DNA of 64,000 bases from Lingula anatina (Eukaryota; Animalia; Brachiopoda): positions 7,626,001 to 7,690,000 of the forward strand of contig CM120647.1 of NCBI GenBank assembly GCA_051362555.1, read 5' to 3'. Both the position numbers and the translations under genes were made by a program. The notes beneath the pieces were generated by a model. The model had not been told where the DNA came from and searched no databases. It worked only from the letters and a program-made list of their open reading frames with translations. Of this stretch, positions 37,288 to 49,699 are shown piece after piece. How positions within the stretch are numbered: position 1 is the stretch's first letter; the number at the start of each line of letters is the position of its first letter.

Positions 37288-39770
37288 CCCGCACGAAAAC
37301 GCAGTAGATATTCCAGCGCAGTAGACTACTAGATCATACTGGAAACACGCTTAAAATCTGCTTCGATTTGGGAGCTAATTAGCATATTATTATATTATGC
37401 CTCTATTACGCTGCTAATCTACTGCATTAATGCTCCTCTCTGTACAAACCTATGTACTTTTTGGAGTAGAAATTCAGTAGGCTATACTGCATTTCTACTG
37501 CAAATATGTTCCACAAGAAGTAAGGAATCAACACGACAGTTATTATCGGCGTGTGGATTGACTTGTGGATTGTTTGTTTGTCTGTCTGTCTGTCTGTCTG
37601 ACTGTCTGTTTGTTTGTTTGTTTGTCTGTCTGTCTGTTTGTTTATTTGTCTGTCTGTCTGTCTGTCTGTCTGTATTCCTGTTTGTTTGTTTGTCTGTCTG
37701 CCTGTCTGTCTGTTTGCTTGTTTTTGAGGGAGGGTTAACTATGACTACCAATGCTTTTTAAAGTCTTATTTATTTATTTTGTTTTTGTTTTTGAAAATCT
37801 GTTTTGATTTTCAGTCTTTTTCTCATCTTATATGTAAAAGTGCGCTTGCACTGAAGTTTGTTCCAGTGAATTATTGGGTTGTTTCATTAAGCGGGTATAC
37901 AAATAGTTTCGCTAAGACGAGCAGTGGACACAGTCCGTATATGATCGCTCAAGTGCCATTGTACTCAAACAGGCGTGAGAAATATATGTCTAAATGGTTT
38001 ACACTCCAAACAGTAAATTTTGGGCAACTACAACTTACAAAAGAGATTGTCAACAGTGAGGCTTACTCGCTTTCTGACTACTTTATAACTTACAATAGAT
38101 TGTATCAACAACGATGTACCTTATAACTTACAAAAGCTCGGGTCAACAGTGAAGCTTACTTGAGTTCTGTCTTCCTTGTAGCTTACAATAGATTGTGTCA
38201 ACAATGATGTGGGCAACTTTGGCTTACTCGATTTGGGATTTCTGCGTACCTTATAGCTTACAATAGAGTGTGTAGCTAACTCGGCTTACTCGCTTTCTGA
38301 CTACTTTATAACTTACAATAGATTGTATCAACAACGCTGTATCTTATAACTTACAATAGCTCGCGTCAACAGTGAAGCTAACTCGATTTCTGACTACCTT
38401 TTAACTTAAATAGTCAGTGTCAATAGTTCTTATAATAATACTTATAGTTCAAGCCTGTATGTTGGGGTATTACGGTTGACAGTAGAGAGTGTTAACATCA
38501 GTACCTTGACTATTTATGAATGAGAGAGAAGTATGAGAACCAAATAGTAAGTATGAGAACCAAAGTGATATTGTGTGGTTCACAAATTTAAGCAGGATTA
38601 CCTTAATTCTCATCCCTAACTCCTCCTCCTCATCATCTTGTTTTCCCCTACACCTCCTTACTCTTCTTCCTCCTGCTCCTCCCAAGATGATGATGAGGAA
38701 GAGTTAGGGATGAGAATTTAGGTAATCCTGCTTAAATGAGGAGGAGGAGGGTGTACTTCCTCTTTCCTTCACCATCTCCTCCTAATCCTGTTATTCTCTA
38801 CACCTCCTTACTCTTCCCCTGCCTCCCTACGTGTACCTCCTCCTTCATATTGAATCCAAGTGTTTGTGAACCCACACTCTACTGTCAACCGTAATACCCC
38901 AACATACAGGCTTGAACTATAAGAATTTTGGACACAGTTATTGAATTCACTATTGACACACACTATTTTAAGTTAAAAGTTAGTCAGAAATCGAGTTAGC
39001 TTCACTGTTGACACACTCTATTGTCGGTCAAAGATGTCCAATGTGTAAGCTTAAACTCTAAGAATTTTTTGATACAGCTACTTCAATCTATTGTAAGTTA
39101 TAAATTAGTCAGAAAGCGAGTAATCCTCACTGTTGACAATCTCTTTTGTAAGTTGTAGTTGCCCAAAATTTGCTGTTTGGAGTGTAAACCATTTAGACAT
39201 ATATTTCTCACGCCTGTTTGAGTACAATGGCACTTGAGCGATCATATACGGACTGTGTCCACTGCGCGTCTTATAGCGAAACTGTCTGTATACGCGCTTA
39301 ATGAAACAACCCAATAATTCACTGGAACAAACTTCAGTGCAAGCGCACTTTTACCTATAAGATGAGAAAAGACTGAAAATCAAAACAGACAAGATTTTCA
39401 AAAAACAAAGAAAAAATAAATAAGACTTTAAAAAGCATTGGTAGTCATAGTTACCCCTCCCTCAAAAAAAAGCAAACAGACAGACAGGCAGACAAACAAA
39501 CAAACAAACAAAGAGACAGACAGTTAGACAGACAAACAAGCAAACAGGCACACAGACAGACAGACAAACAAACAAACCTACAGACAAACAAACAAACAAA
39601 CAAACAAACAGAAAAACAAACAAACAGACAGACAGACAAACAAACAAACAATCCACACGTCAATCCACACGCCGATAATAACTGTCGTGTTGATTCCTTA
39701 CTACTACTTCCACACCACTACAGCGTTAATACTTCTTTGCTACATCGATACTACTGCATTTTCGCGTGGG
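37288..39770. mobile_element. 2.48-kb foldback-type non-autonomous element, CMC/EnSpm-like termini
   Basis: AA|CCCGCACGAAAACGCAGTAG...CTACTGCATTTTCGCGTGGG|AA. Empty site GGGC-AA-AGCAGAGC in unit 1 (~34051-34064). Long internal inverted arms and (TGTC/TGTT)n tracts. Confidence 0.85.
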
Positions 39771-40008
39771 AAAGCAGAGCAACATTGCAACAACAGCTAC
39801 AATAGCTTCAATACAATTTTCACCGCATACAAACACTATACACGATTTCAAAATGACCACAAATGCCAATAAAATAAAAGATCAGAAAAAAATCTCACGG
39901 TGTTCCAGACCAATCCCTTAGAATTACTACGTCCAAACCATCAGCAGCACAGGCAGAAAACAACGCGCTTCGATAACGAGGTCACAAGATCACAAGACGA
40001 TCTTTCGC

Positions 40009-40043
<35 letters not shown>

Positions 40044-40843
40044 CTTCTAAATTCTATAAAACATCAATTGAGCTAATAAATAGGCCTCGCATTGGAACTT
40101 ATTTAACGCATATTTTATATTAATAACTATTAAAAATTCCATAACCCAGATTTCTTTTGGTTTTGCCAAGCTACATGTAATTACTTTATTTAAAAAGATT
40201 AATTTTTTACAATATTAAAAAATTCTATCGTAATTGTTTACTACCATTGTAACAAGATACCTTTTCAAATCAAACACAGTTCTCTTTATGGCGGTTACAG
40301 GTGTACAACTTATATCAGGTGAACCAATGTCTGACCTTTTTAGAGTGAGTAGGTCTTAAATGGTTTAGGGGACGCGTTACAAAAATTAAATTACGAGGCG
40401 CAATGTTGTGTTTAATCTTCATGCGTGTCCAAGTAGGTCATGTGTATAGAACTTGTTTTAAGAACATGTAACGCACCAACCTGTGTGTAAGGACACTCCA
40501 AGTGGTCTGTTTTAATCGCCTTGTAGCAAAGGAGTTAATTATTTTTCTTAACCTACACGAGACAGTCATCAAGATAGTAAATGTAGTCTAATGGTCTACT
40601 TAAAAAGAAGCTACGTTCAGTGTTATGGAAAGCATAAGTTTGGCCGCTTTACTTGTTTAGAAGTGGTTATTTGTTTATTTCAAAAGGTGTTACGTCACGG
40701 TAAAATATAAAATAAAAGTACTAATAAAGAAATAAACATACGATGCACTAGTGTTGAGATTGTTGTTACTCGATCTACAAGAATACCATGTTCGTCGTGA
40801 AACTGATCGCCACTGAGGCATTACAAGAAAATGTGTAAGTCTA

Positions 40844-42491
40844 CAGGGTTACTACTTAATATGGAATATTTTTTATCATTGTTATTTTTGAGTGCTGATT
40901 AAATATTTTTTGGCTTGATTCATCAAATAAGTATATCATTGAGTGAGAAAAATATCCAGTCTTCTATTGTGAGATATTTTGGTCAATAATCTCAAATCTG
41001 ACATAAGATGTCATTCAAAAGAAGAGAACACCCCCAGAAATCCATATCAACAGTTTGATGTCAGTATTAACTTTAAGCTAAGATATTAAAGAAAATGATA
41101 GCCTCCGGACAGTGATATGTTACACAGTCAAAGAAATCATTACAGTAAATCATGAAAAGTCATCAATAGCGGGTATGACCTCCAGCAGCCGCTTGCAGCG
41201 CCCTCATCCTATATGCCATACCCTGTGACAAGTTTTTTAGAGTTTGGATGGGGGATATCATTCCACGCAGTGATATTTGCCTGTCGCACTTCGTCACTAT
41301 TTACCGGCCGATGACCATAGCTATTAATTCTCTGAGTTACTTCCGCCCACAGATTTTCGATTGGGTTCATTACTGGGGAGTTTGCAGGCCAGGGCAGTTG
41401 CTGAACCCATTGGTTTTGAAGAAAAACAATGATTCTGCTAGCTCGATGTGGGGTTGCACAGTCATCTTGGTACACAAAGTTGTTCCTGAAGATGACTCTT
41501 ACAAATCGAAGCATTGTCTGCTGTAGAATGTCTCTGTAGGAACCCTGGTTGAGGTTGCCTCCTAGAAAAACCAACTGGTTCTGGGCACCGGCATGGAATG
41601 CTCCCCAAACAGAGACGTTACCACCCCCTGCTTGCACCCTAGGTAGTACACAATCATCGTTTTATGCCCCTCGCACACGTCGGCGGACACGGATTCGACA
41701 TTCAACCCCCCAAATTCCATATCTGGCCTCATCACTGAAAACGACGTGATTCCAGTGTTTTGGCTGCAAACGCACGTGGTCCCCAGCCCATTGCAGACGT
41801 CGCTGTATATGACCTGCTGTTAACAGTGGTTTCCCTACTGGCCTTCGTGCAAAATAACCGGCTTGCTGTAATCTCTTGTTTACAAGGAACTTTGAACGGG
41901 CGTTTGAAAGGCATTCTGCCACTCTTTTTTGAGGACACTGGTTGTCTTTGTACGACCAGCACGGCGCACTCTAAGGAGAAGGCGATCCTGTCTTCTTGGT
42001 GTGGTACGCGGACACCCTGGTGGAAGTATTGGAGTAGGTGCCCCTGTTGTAGCATTTGTTTGGAGGACTTTACTAACGGTTACTGAAAAATGTTGAATTG
42101 TCTGGCAATGGCTGTCCGTTTCTAGCCATTTTCTCTGAGGCCAAGAATCCCATAGTAAGCTGCGTTGCTTAGCTGTCGAAGCATATCTTCTCTAAGGTAC
42201 CTGACAAGTTTCAGAGCGATCCCTTTGTTGCTTCTCTAAATACACTCCAAAGATTGACCAAACCCATGCGTTTTTATACAAGGGCAGAAATTGCCGAAAA
42301 GACCACCCCTCACATTTCTGACCACAGAACATGCAACTGCTTACATTAATTGTTTCGAAAGTTGCATGGAAATTAGGTAACACACCTGGCTACACCTCAG
42401 TTTTTGATTTAAAAGAGTAAGAGAGAAAATAAATACTTTGTAGAAAATTTACTCGCCAAAAAATAATATTCCATATCAAGTAGTAACCCTG
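40844..42491 (-). mobile_element. Full-length Tc1 (DD34E) transposon, 1648 bp, with frameshifted transposase
   Basis: TA|CAGGGTTACTACTTAATATGGAATATT...AATATTCCATATCAAGTAGTAACCCTG|TA. Motifs WNHVVFSDEARY, GGGNVSVWGAF, YQDDCATPH and WPANSPVMNPIENLW, with 34 residues between the second D and E. Confidence 0.93.
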
Positions 42492-43762
42492 TATGTGTTT
42501 TTCTCTTATTCACCTCTCTCTTTACTCTCCCCACAGGGTACCCCCCCCCCCAAATACAAACTCTGCTAATTGCTTGATTGCTAAATTAAATCACTTTACA
42601 TTATTTTACATAGTTCTACATATACAATTATCAGGTATAGTACTTGAACAGAGGTTCAAAATAATATCAGATATAAGTCAATGGAAGATTGCAGATTTAA
42701 TCTGGAGGGGAAGCAAATCACTAGGTATTTAGAGAGGGTTAGGATGCATCAATATTACTCTTTACATGATAATTATACCTCTTCGGGAAGTCCAAAACTA
42801 AACACGTGGAAGACACCAATTATCACTCGGTGCTCGAATTCACGTTGTCCTACGCAATCCGGTAGCCAGCTATCGCTTCCAAGATGAGACGCACTATAAA
42901 TACCCAACGTTTCACACTGAACAGTATTTGTACGATCGGCAGTATCAGCCCTTTTATTGCATATATGAAGAGTGCGACCAGATCTAAAATCACAGCTTTG
43001 CATATAATCTAATAAATAAACATAAAACAGTGGCATAAAGGGGGCAAAAAGGACAACTAGTTCTTCCCTTTAGTACCGGAGGTATCCCCCCCCCCCCCCC
43101 CCCCAATCCACTCCATCCCTAAAAAATAAGAAGAGAGTATACTTGGCTTACGGACTAACTAAGAAGTGGAAAAATTAAAATATATTGGGGAAATGCATAG
43201 TACAAACATTTCAATTGATGGTATATACATTTATCTTTTTATTGAACTTGGAAGTCATCTCGTTGTAGATTCTTTAAACGCTGCATATAAAAACTTCATG
43301 TTTATGTCTTAATCATCAAAACTTCTATATTTTGTGTTGATTGAGCTCTACACAGTGTCTAAAAGTAAAGAAAGTCAATATTTCGTGTCGATTTCAGTGG
43401 ATATAAAAATATTGTGACGACTGTTCGTGGTAATTGAGGATTTATCAAATATCGTATTGTATAACTTTTATTTCATGAATTTTGATAAAAACAAATACTT
43501 TTTCTTCTATAACTGTTTTCCAAATATGCATTTTGAACCTGCGTCGCGTCAATATTAAATATAGACCCAAGAAGGCCTTTGTGCTAATAAGGTCCCTAGA
43601 TGGCACGTCATTCAAGACGGTCCAAATCCAAGATTCTCTAACGCAATTGATGGTCGTTGTCATCACACTAGTAGCACTTACTGGGTGGATAAAAGAAGAA
43701 TCGCCTTTTTTGTAGCACTGAACTACAATTCTTCTTGTCCGTGTCTATCGACAGCCCTTTCA

Positions 43763-46700
43763 TTACAAGGCAGTATTCTCCATAATAATGCTATGAACCT
43801 GTGACCGATTCCCGTTTTGATAGGCAGTGGAACTGCGTTGGCGGGGGCTACAAAATGGAAAAGAGAAATTTAGGTAAATAAATACATAGTATTTGAAGTA
43901 TTTCACCCCTCCCCACACTTACCTTCGTCTCCAATGCAGAGTGCTCTGTCCATGAGTATTGACGCCGGGGTTTTGTACATATTTCATCTTGAAGGGATAA
44001 TAACTCTTCGTTTTGGCCAAAAAATGAATTTTCTTGGAGTAAACAACAATTTTTCCCATCCTCTCCCATGCTTACCAATGGTTAATGAATCCATTTTTAC
44101 ATTCAAAGTTAGTCCCTGGTTCTTTTCTAAAAAGTTTTTTTTTTTTTTTTTTTTTTTTTGTTAAAATCTCTTAAGAGATTATAACAGAGTATAGACATTA
44201 ATGGAGGTCACGTGATCTGAAGACAAGCTCAGATATCAGAATAATAGCTATAACTGCTGTTTTTGTCGTAAAACAGAATATATTATATTTCAATGAGTTA
44301 TTCACAATGTTTTTATTGTGAAATATAGATCTCATACGAAGAGTTATTATCCCTTTAAGATAAAGGCATATATTTTATCTATAAGATTATACATGTACAT
44401 GCAGATAGCAGCGCAAAATGACTTACTACCTGAAACTGTTTGCGTCTTCTACGGTTTCGGGTAGATCTCTGTTTGCTGTCTCCGGCAAAGGGATGGTGCA
44501 CATTGTTGCAAATATGGCCGCGGCTCCAAATATCACAAGCGGCAAGGTATCCTTGCCAATACTCTCCACTTGAATTTCTCTCTGAATTAAACAAATGGAA
44601 GTGAAGATGTAGATACATGTAGCAGAAATTATAATTACTTCAGTCAAGGAGGTTATTTATTTACCTCCGTTTGTATGTTTCTTTGTTTGTTTGTGTGTTT
44701 GTTTGTCATTAGCCTGGATGGGTCTTGATGAAATTTTAGGGATAAGTCAGAAATCTTTTACCTTTTAAGTTACTTCATTTTTGTGACTATATGTGATTGA
44801 GTTCAACATCTGAATGCAAGAACTGTTTTAAGGTTCTTCACCTTTGCGGGATAGGGTCAATCGCATTGACCAGTTGTGCAATGAATCTACCACAAATCAT
44901 CAAGGCAGACCTTATCAAAGGTCAACGCTCTCTGATCCATTTTTTTAGTTATAATGATGAACGAGTGAAAAATGCAAACAAAGAAAAAAGCTCTTAAACA
45001 AACTGAAAAATAAACACAACATGCAAGGCGTCTTGAATCGACTTATAAGTGTTATTTTCAGCTCACCACGATGACAGGAGATAGCATGGTCCCAAGACTG
45101 GCAGACACTAAAGCCAGACCGAGGCTGAAGTTCCGGAGGACCGTGGGGAATATTTCAACACCCCAAATAAATATGATGTTATAGCTTGCAGCGATGCCAA
45201 ACTTCCCGACTGTAGACAGTGTGATCTTTATAAAATTGGTAGATTCTAGTTCTGAAAGACAATATGCATGCTTAACAGACACATTTACATTCGATAGAAT
45301 AAACCAAAACTTAAAACTGTTTTACATATTTGAGCTACAGGTACGCTTTCTATGTTCAGAGTGACAAAAGTGCACAACTTTTACATTAAAATATTAGAAC
45401 TTCTTGATTACATTTTTAAAGATTACATTTTTAAAAGTCCAGCTGTTCGATTTAGTTAGTCATTTACTATATTGAACAAGGCGCTTAGATGACTGTAAAG
45501 TCTGGATAGACAGAACTTATGCCATTAAGAAAAACAAAAAATACAGTATTACAAATGTTGTTTTGAGGTAATTAAAGCCAGTATATGTAATCAAAATAAC
45601 ATTTATAATATAAATACTACAACTTTTAATATTATTACTACTTGTAATAATAATGATAATTTATTATTATTATAACTATAATTTTTATAATTGTTATTAC
45701 CGTTATTTGCGTACAACTGTACAAGGAGAGACGAGAGACATGCCAGGCCGCCCACTACCATACATATAATGTATATCCTCTTCCTTCCAAATCTGTCGAT
45801 AGTGAAACATAATGCATATGCAGGTAACTCCACTATACAGAGGAGAAAGAAGTTAAGGTAGAGGTTTCCAGACATGTTCCCTGCGTGAAGATTTATTCCA
45901 AAATACGTCATATTTAAGACAAACCTACAAAAGAAAAAAATTACATTAACAATAGCACATACAATATTATTTCTTTTTTATTTGGGGCTGGAGTCGGGCA
46001 AGGCTTTACGAGTACGAGAAGCAAGACAATGATACAGTGGCAATTTGCCGAGGAAAAAAGGACACAGGTAGATAGGAGTGTCCTTTATGTCCTTAATAGT
46101 GTCCTTAATACAACAGTTGTAACATGTTTCCTTGTTGTACAGTATTTTTCAGACCAATCATTCACAAAGCTATTTGTATTCACATCAATTTGGTTTTGAT
46201 GTACATATATATACATTTAAAAATGCGTTTATGAAATGTACATGTAATAAGTAATTTAGCCAAACATGTCACACACACCAGTTGATGTACAGAAGCAGCA
46301 TTTTAACCATCAGTCTTGGCGCACGCAGTAAAGCCCGAGCACTTGAAGTTGGGGGCTCGTTGATTTCAACTTTTTCCACCAGACGATTGGGAAGGGTAGT
46401 CTTGTTAATTCTCGCTGTACGTCTTAAAATTTTCTCAGCTTCTGAATGGCGTCCTTTAGTAAGCAACCATCTAGGAGACTCGTGAAGCAACCTGAGTGAC
46501 AGAAATATATTTGACATACCGACATTGAATCCGGTAGTAGTCTTTCTTAAGGGCATGGTCCACAAAAAGTTTGGCCTTAATGTTAATACCAACCGATTTT
46601 CAAACGCCATGTGAGGTTATGTGACGTAACATGACAATAACCAGACATACAATGTTAAAACAAAACAATTGAACGCATGTTAAGTCCAAGAATCGCTTCT

Positions 46701-48214
46701 TGTTGAACGTAGCTGAGGACAATTGAAAACTATGAGTTATGACGACAATCTGAAAAGGCAAATTAAGGGTCGGTAAGTCGGAGGGAATACTATTAACACT
46801 TCGTAAATTTCGTTACATGTATGAATTTGGCGGGAAAATCCTGGCTAGGAATGATTTCACATTTTCCAATGTCTTTTCTGTGTATTTTTATTCATCCGTG
46901 TGAAAACATTGTACTTTGTACCTTTTTTATTTACATAGCCCATTAAATGAAAGATTTTTTATAAGTAAATGTATTATTTGGAATATGTATATTGTTTTTC
47001 TTACATATAAATTTTGATAGGTGTTATACATGAATTGCATTACTTACCACAACATTACAAGAGCCAGTAACAAAAATGGCGTCGCCACTGCTATCTTGAG
47101 ATAGCGCCAGTCTCGCAGGAAGTAGGCTATTCCTGCAGTAACTGCCCCTCCCCCCGCATAAATGATCGCCAACCCAGTGCCCGCTGCCATTCGTTTGCTG
47201 GGACCCACCATCTCTAAAGCTGAAACGGGCGATCATGCAGTTAAAGACATCTCTTTTTTCACAGAAATTAAATTGAGCTAAGTTATGAAAACTGTTGTCA
47301 TAATCAGCCTACAAACCTGCACAACGTAAAATCAATATGCTACCTATAACCTGTGCAATTCACTTGCGTTAATTAACCGCATCTCTACTCTGTCAGTTTA
47401 TAATCATACGGACAACGTATCAAATGTGCTGTTCAGTTTAATATATGTAAATGCACTGCATTTATTTGAAAGAATAGTTTAAAAACGTACCAAATGTGCT
47501 GGATGTTATGTACAAATTGCCAAAGCCGCTCAAGAACCGCATCCCTACACTCCAGTAGAAGCTTGGTGAAAAGGCCCACGCTATCCCCGCTAACCCACCG
47601 ACGATCAACCCAAGAAGCAGTGAAAACTTCCGACCAACACTGAAAATCAAAATCTATATTTTTCAGATTTTTGATGAAAGTTGAGCAAAATGTTTAATTA
47701 TTAGTGAAGAACATTCATAAATATAAAATCAATAACTTCCCAGCAGACATAGTCGCGTTGGATCAACGTTATAAACAGGTTGATACATTAAATTGCCGTT
47801 GATCTATCTAAATTCAACGTAGAATCAACGTTGATCCAGCCACGTCAAAACACCGTCATAATGTGACGTTGACTCAACGTTGTATTTTGGTCATTGACAC
47901 AACCTTGAGGACATGGATTGTAATTTAAAATATTAATTATTGAAAACGTGATACTTTGTTTATCAATACTGTAACTAAATTAATCAAAATAATAGAAATA
48001 AGTGTTTTAAAGTAAAAGTGACAGTTGTTTTGTGTCTTTAGTGAACTAGTGAATTTCCTTAACTTGTTATTCAGAAATACATTCCAATAAACTTCCTTGC
48101 AAGGTCAGCTAACACTAGGATGAATAAGTTGCTGTAAATGTGATTGAGGGAAGTTAATAAAGTTGACAGTTCTCGGTACCCTTTTATAGATAGGTTGAGG
48201 TGACTGTGACTTTG

Positions 48215-48273
<59 letters not shown>

Positions 48274-49644
48274 TCTAGCCATCAAACATGACCTACTGCT
48301 AAACACATCCAGGCTTTTAGGGTGTTCCATGCTTAGGTGCAAAACATGCTTAGGAGCTAAATGCGTTGAAAAAATCAGACAAAGCAGGCACTTGGATGTT
48401 TTTACAGTGCACGTTATAATTGTATGCCTGTGTTTTGTACCAAAAATAAAAACATTTCAGGTCATTTTAATGTCTTTTCATGCAAGAATGTTGTCTAACA
48501 ACTGGGGTTGATACAATGCTGTTATCTGACGTTGAGTCAACTTTCAAATCCAATGTTTATCCAATGTATTATCAACGTTATGGTTCCACATTGTTTCAAC
48601 GTTAAAACAACATAATTTGCCCGCTGGGTTTCTATATCTTGTCGGCGTATTAAAGGAATATTGTTTAATGATATATATAACTGTTACTAATTACAGCATT
48701 GTTTCACATATGTAGATCATATGTTAACTCTTATAAAGCGGATTAATGGGGAGAAAAAGCCCAGTTTAAACGATTCAGAGTGAGTGATATGATAACGTCC
48801 CTTCTATGTGCACGTTATAGTACAGTTCAAAACGTATTATTATTATTATCATTATTATTATTATTATTATTATTTAAAAATGCAAAACACTCAGTACAAA
48901 TGGCGATGTAATACATGTTCATCCAAAATATACTTGAATTAATTCGTAATACTCACACGTCGGCCAGTATACCAAATAATGGTCCTCCAACCAAGTACCC
49001 TAACCAGTTAAAAATGTAGGAATTTGTCAGCTTTGTCGAGTCATCACAAACAAGACTGAACTAAAAAGAAAACAGTGAAAACAAATTAAACCTTAACAGA
49101 TTGTATTCCATATGGCGCTGTCCACACTGTCATCGCGTATCGTTTTGTCGCGGGTGCTAACTAGTTCTAAAGTTGAATTTCATGAAAATCTAAAAAAACA
49201 AAAATGATGGTTCAGTTAAATACTAATTAGCTTTGGGAAAGGTTTCACGTTAAATACCATATCTATGGTTTCACTTGAGCTTGCAAAGGAACGATAAAAA
49301 CACATACAATTGAATAATCGGTATCTAAAAAAAACTACCTGCATTGGATATGAATATGTTTCATCGCTGGTATCAAACACCCATTCTGCACATCTCTCCG
49401 GTTCTGGTCTGTCTTGGCTGACATTCCTCTGGTGCTTAATATTTGGAAAAATGGTACATTCTACATCAGTGACATTCATAAACGAAATGTCGACCATAGC
49501 TTGGTGCCATTTTCCCTGGATTTCGAAGGTGTCATTTGGAAGACCGGGTAGCTTACATCTTGAAAAGATAATTTTAAATGACTGATCGTAAAAGCGTGAA
49601 TAATCATGTTGTAAAATTAATCTTACAAAAACAGGACTAAGAAA

Positions 49645-49699
<55 letters not shown>

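Larger units (their letters stand above)
30103..40180. repeat. Tandem segmental duplication: unit 1 ~30103-34470, unit 2 ~34471-40180
   Basis: Both units start AAGCTGTAT..AAATT.AACTTATCAACAGCGTTCAAAAACTAGC and end TTTTGCCAAGCTA..TGTAAT. Unit 2 has a ~1.1-kb deletion (junction ~35376) and a 2.5-kb insertion (37288-39770). Confidence 0.88.

Noticed and set aside
38030-38410. Regularly spaced ~50-bp repeats resembling a CRISPR array
   Set aside because: Degenerate tandem subrepeats within a eukaryotic foldback element; no unique spacers and no cas genes.
41209-42383. Active or domesticated transposase
   Set aside because: The coding region is split over several frames with stops; it is a decayed Tc1.
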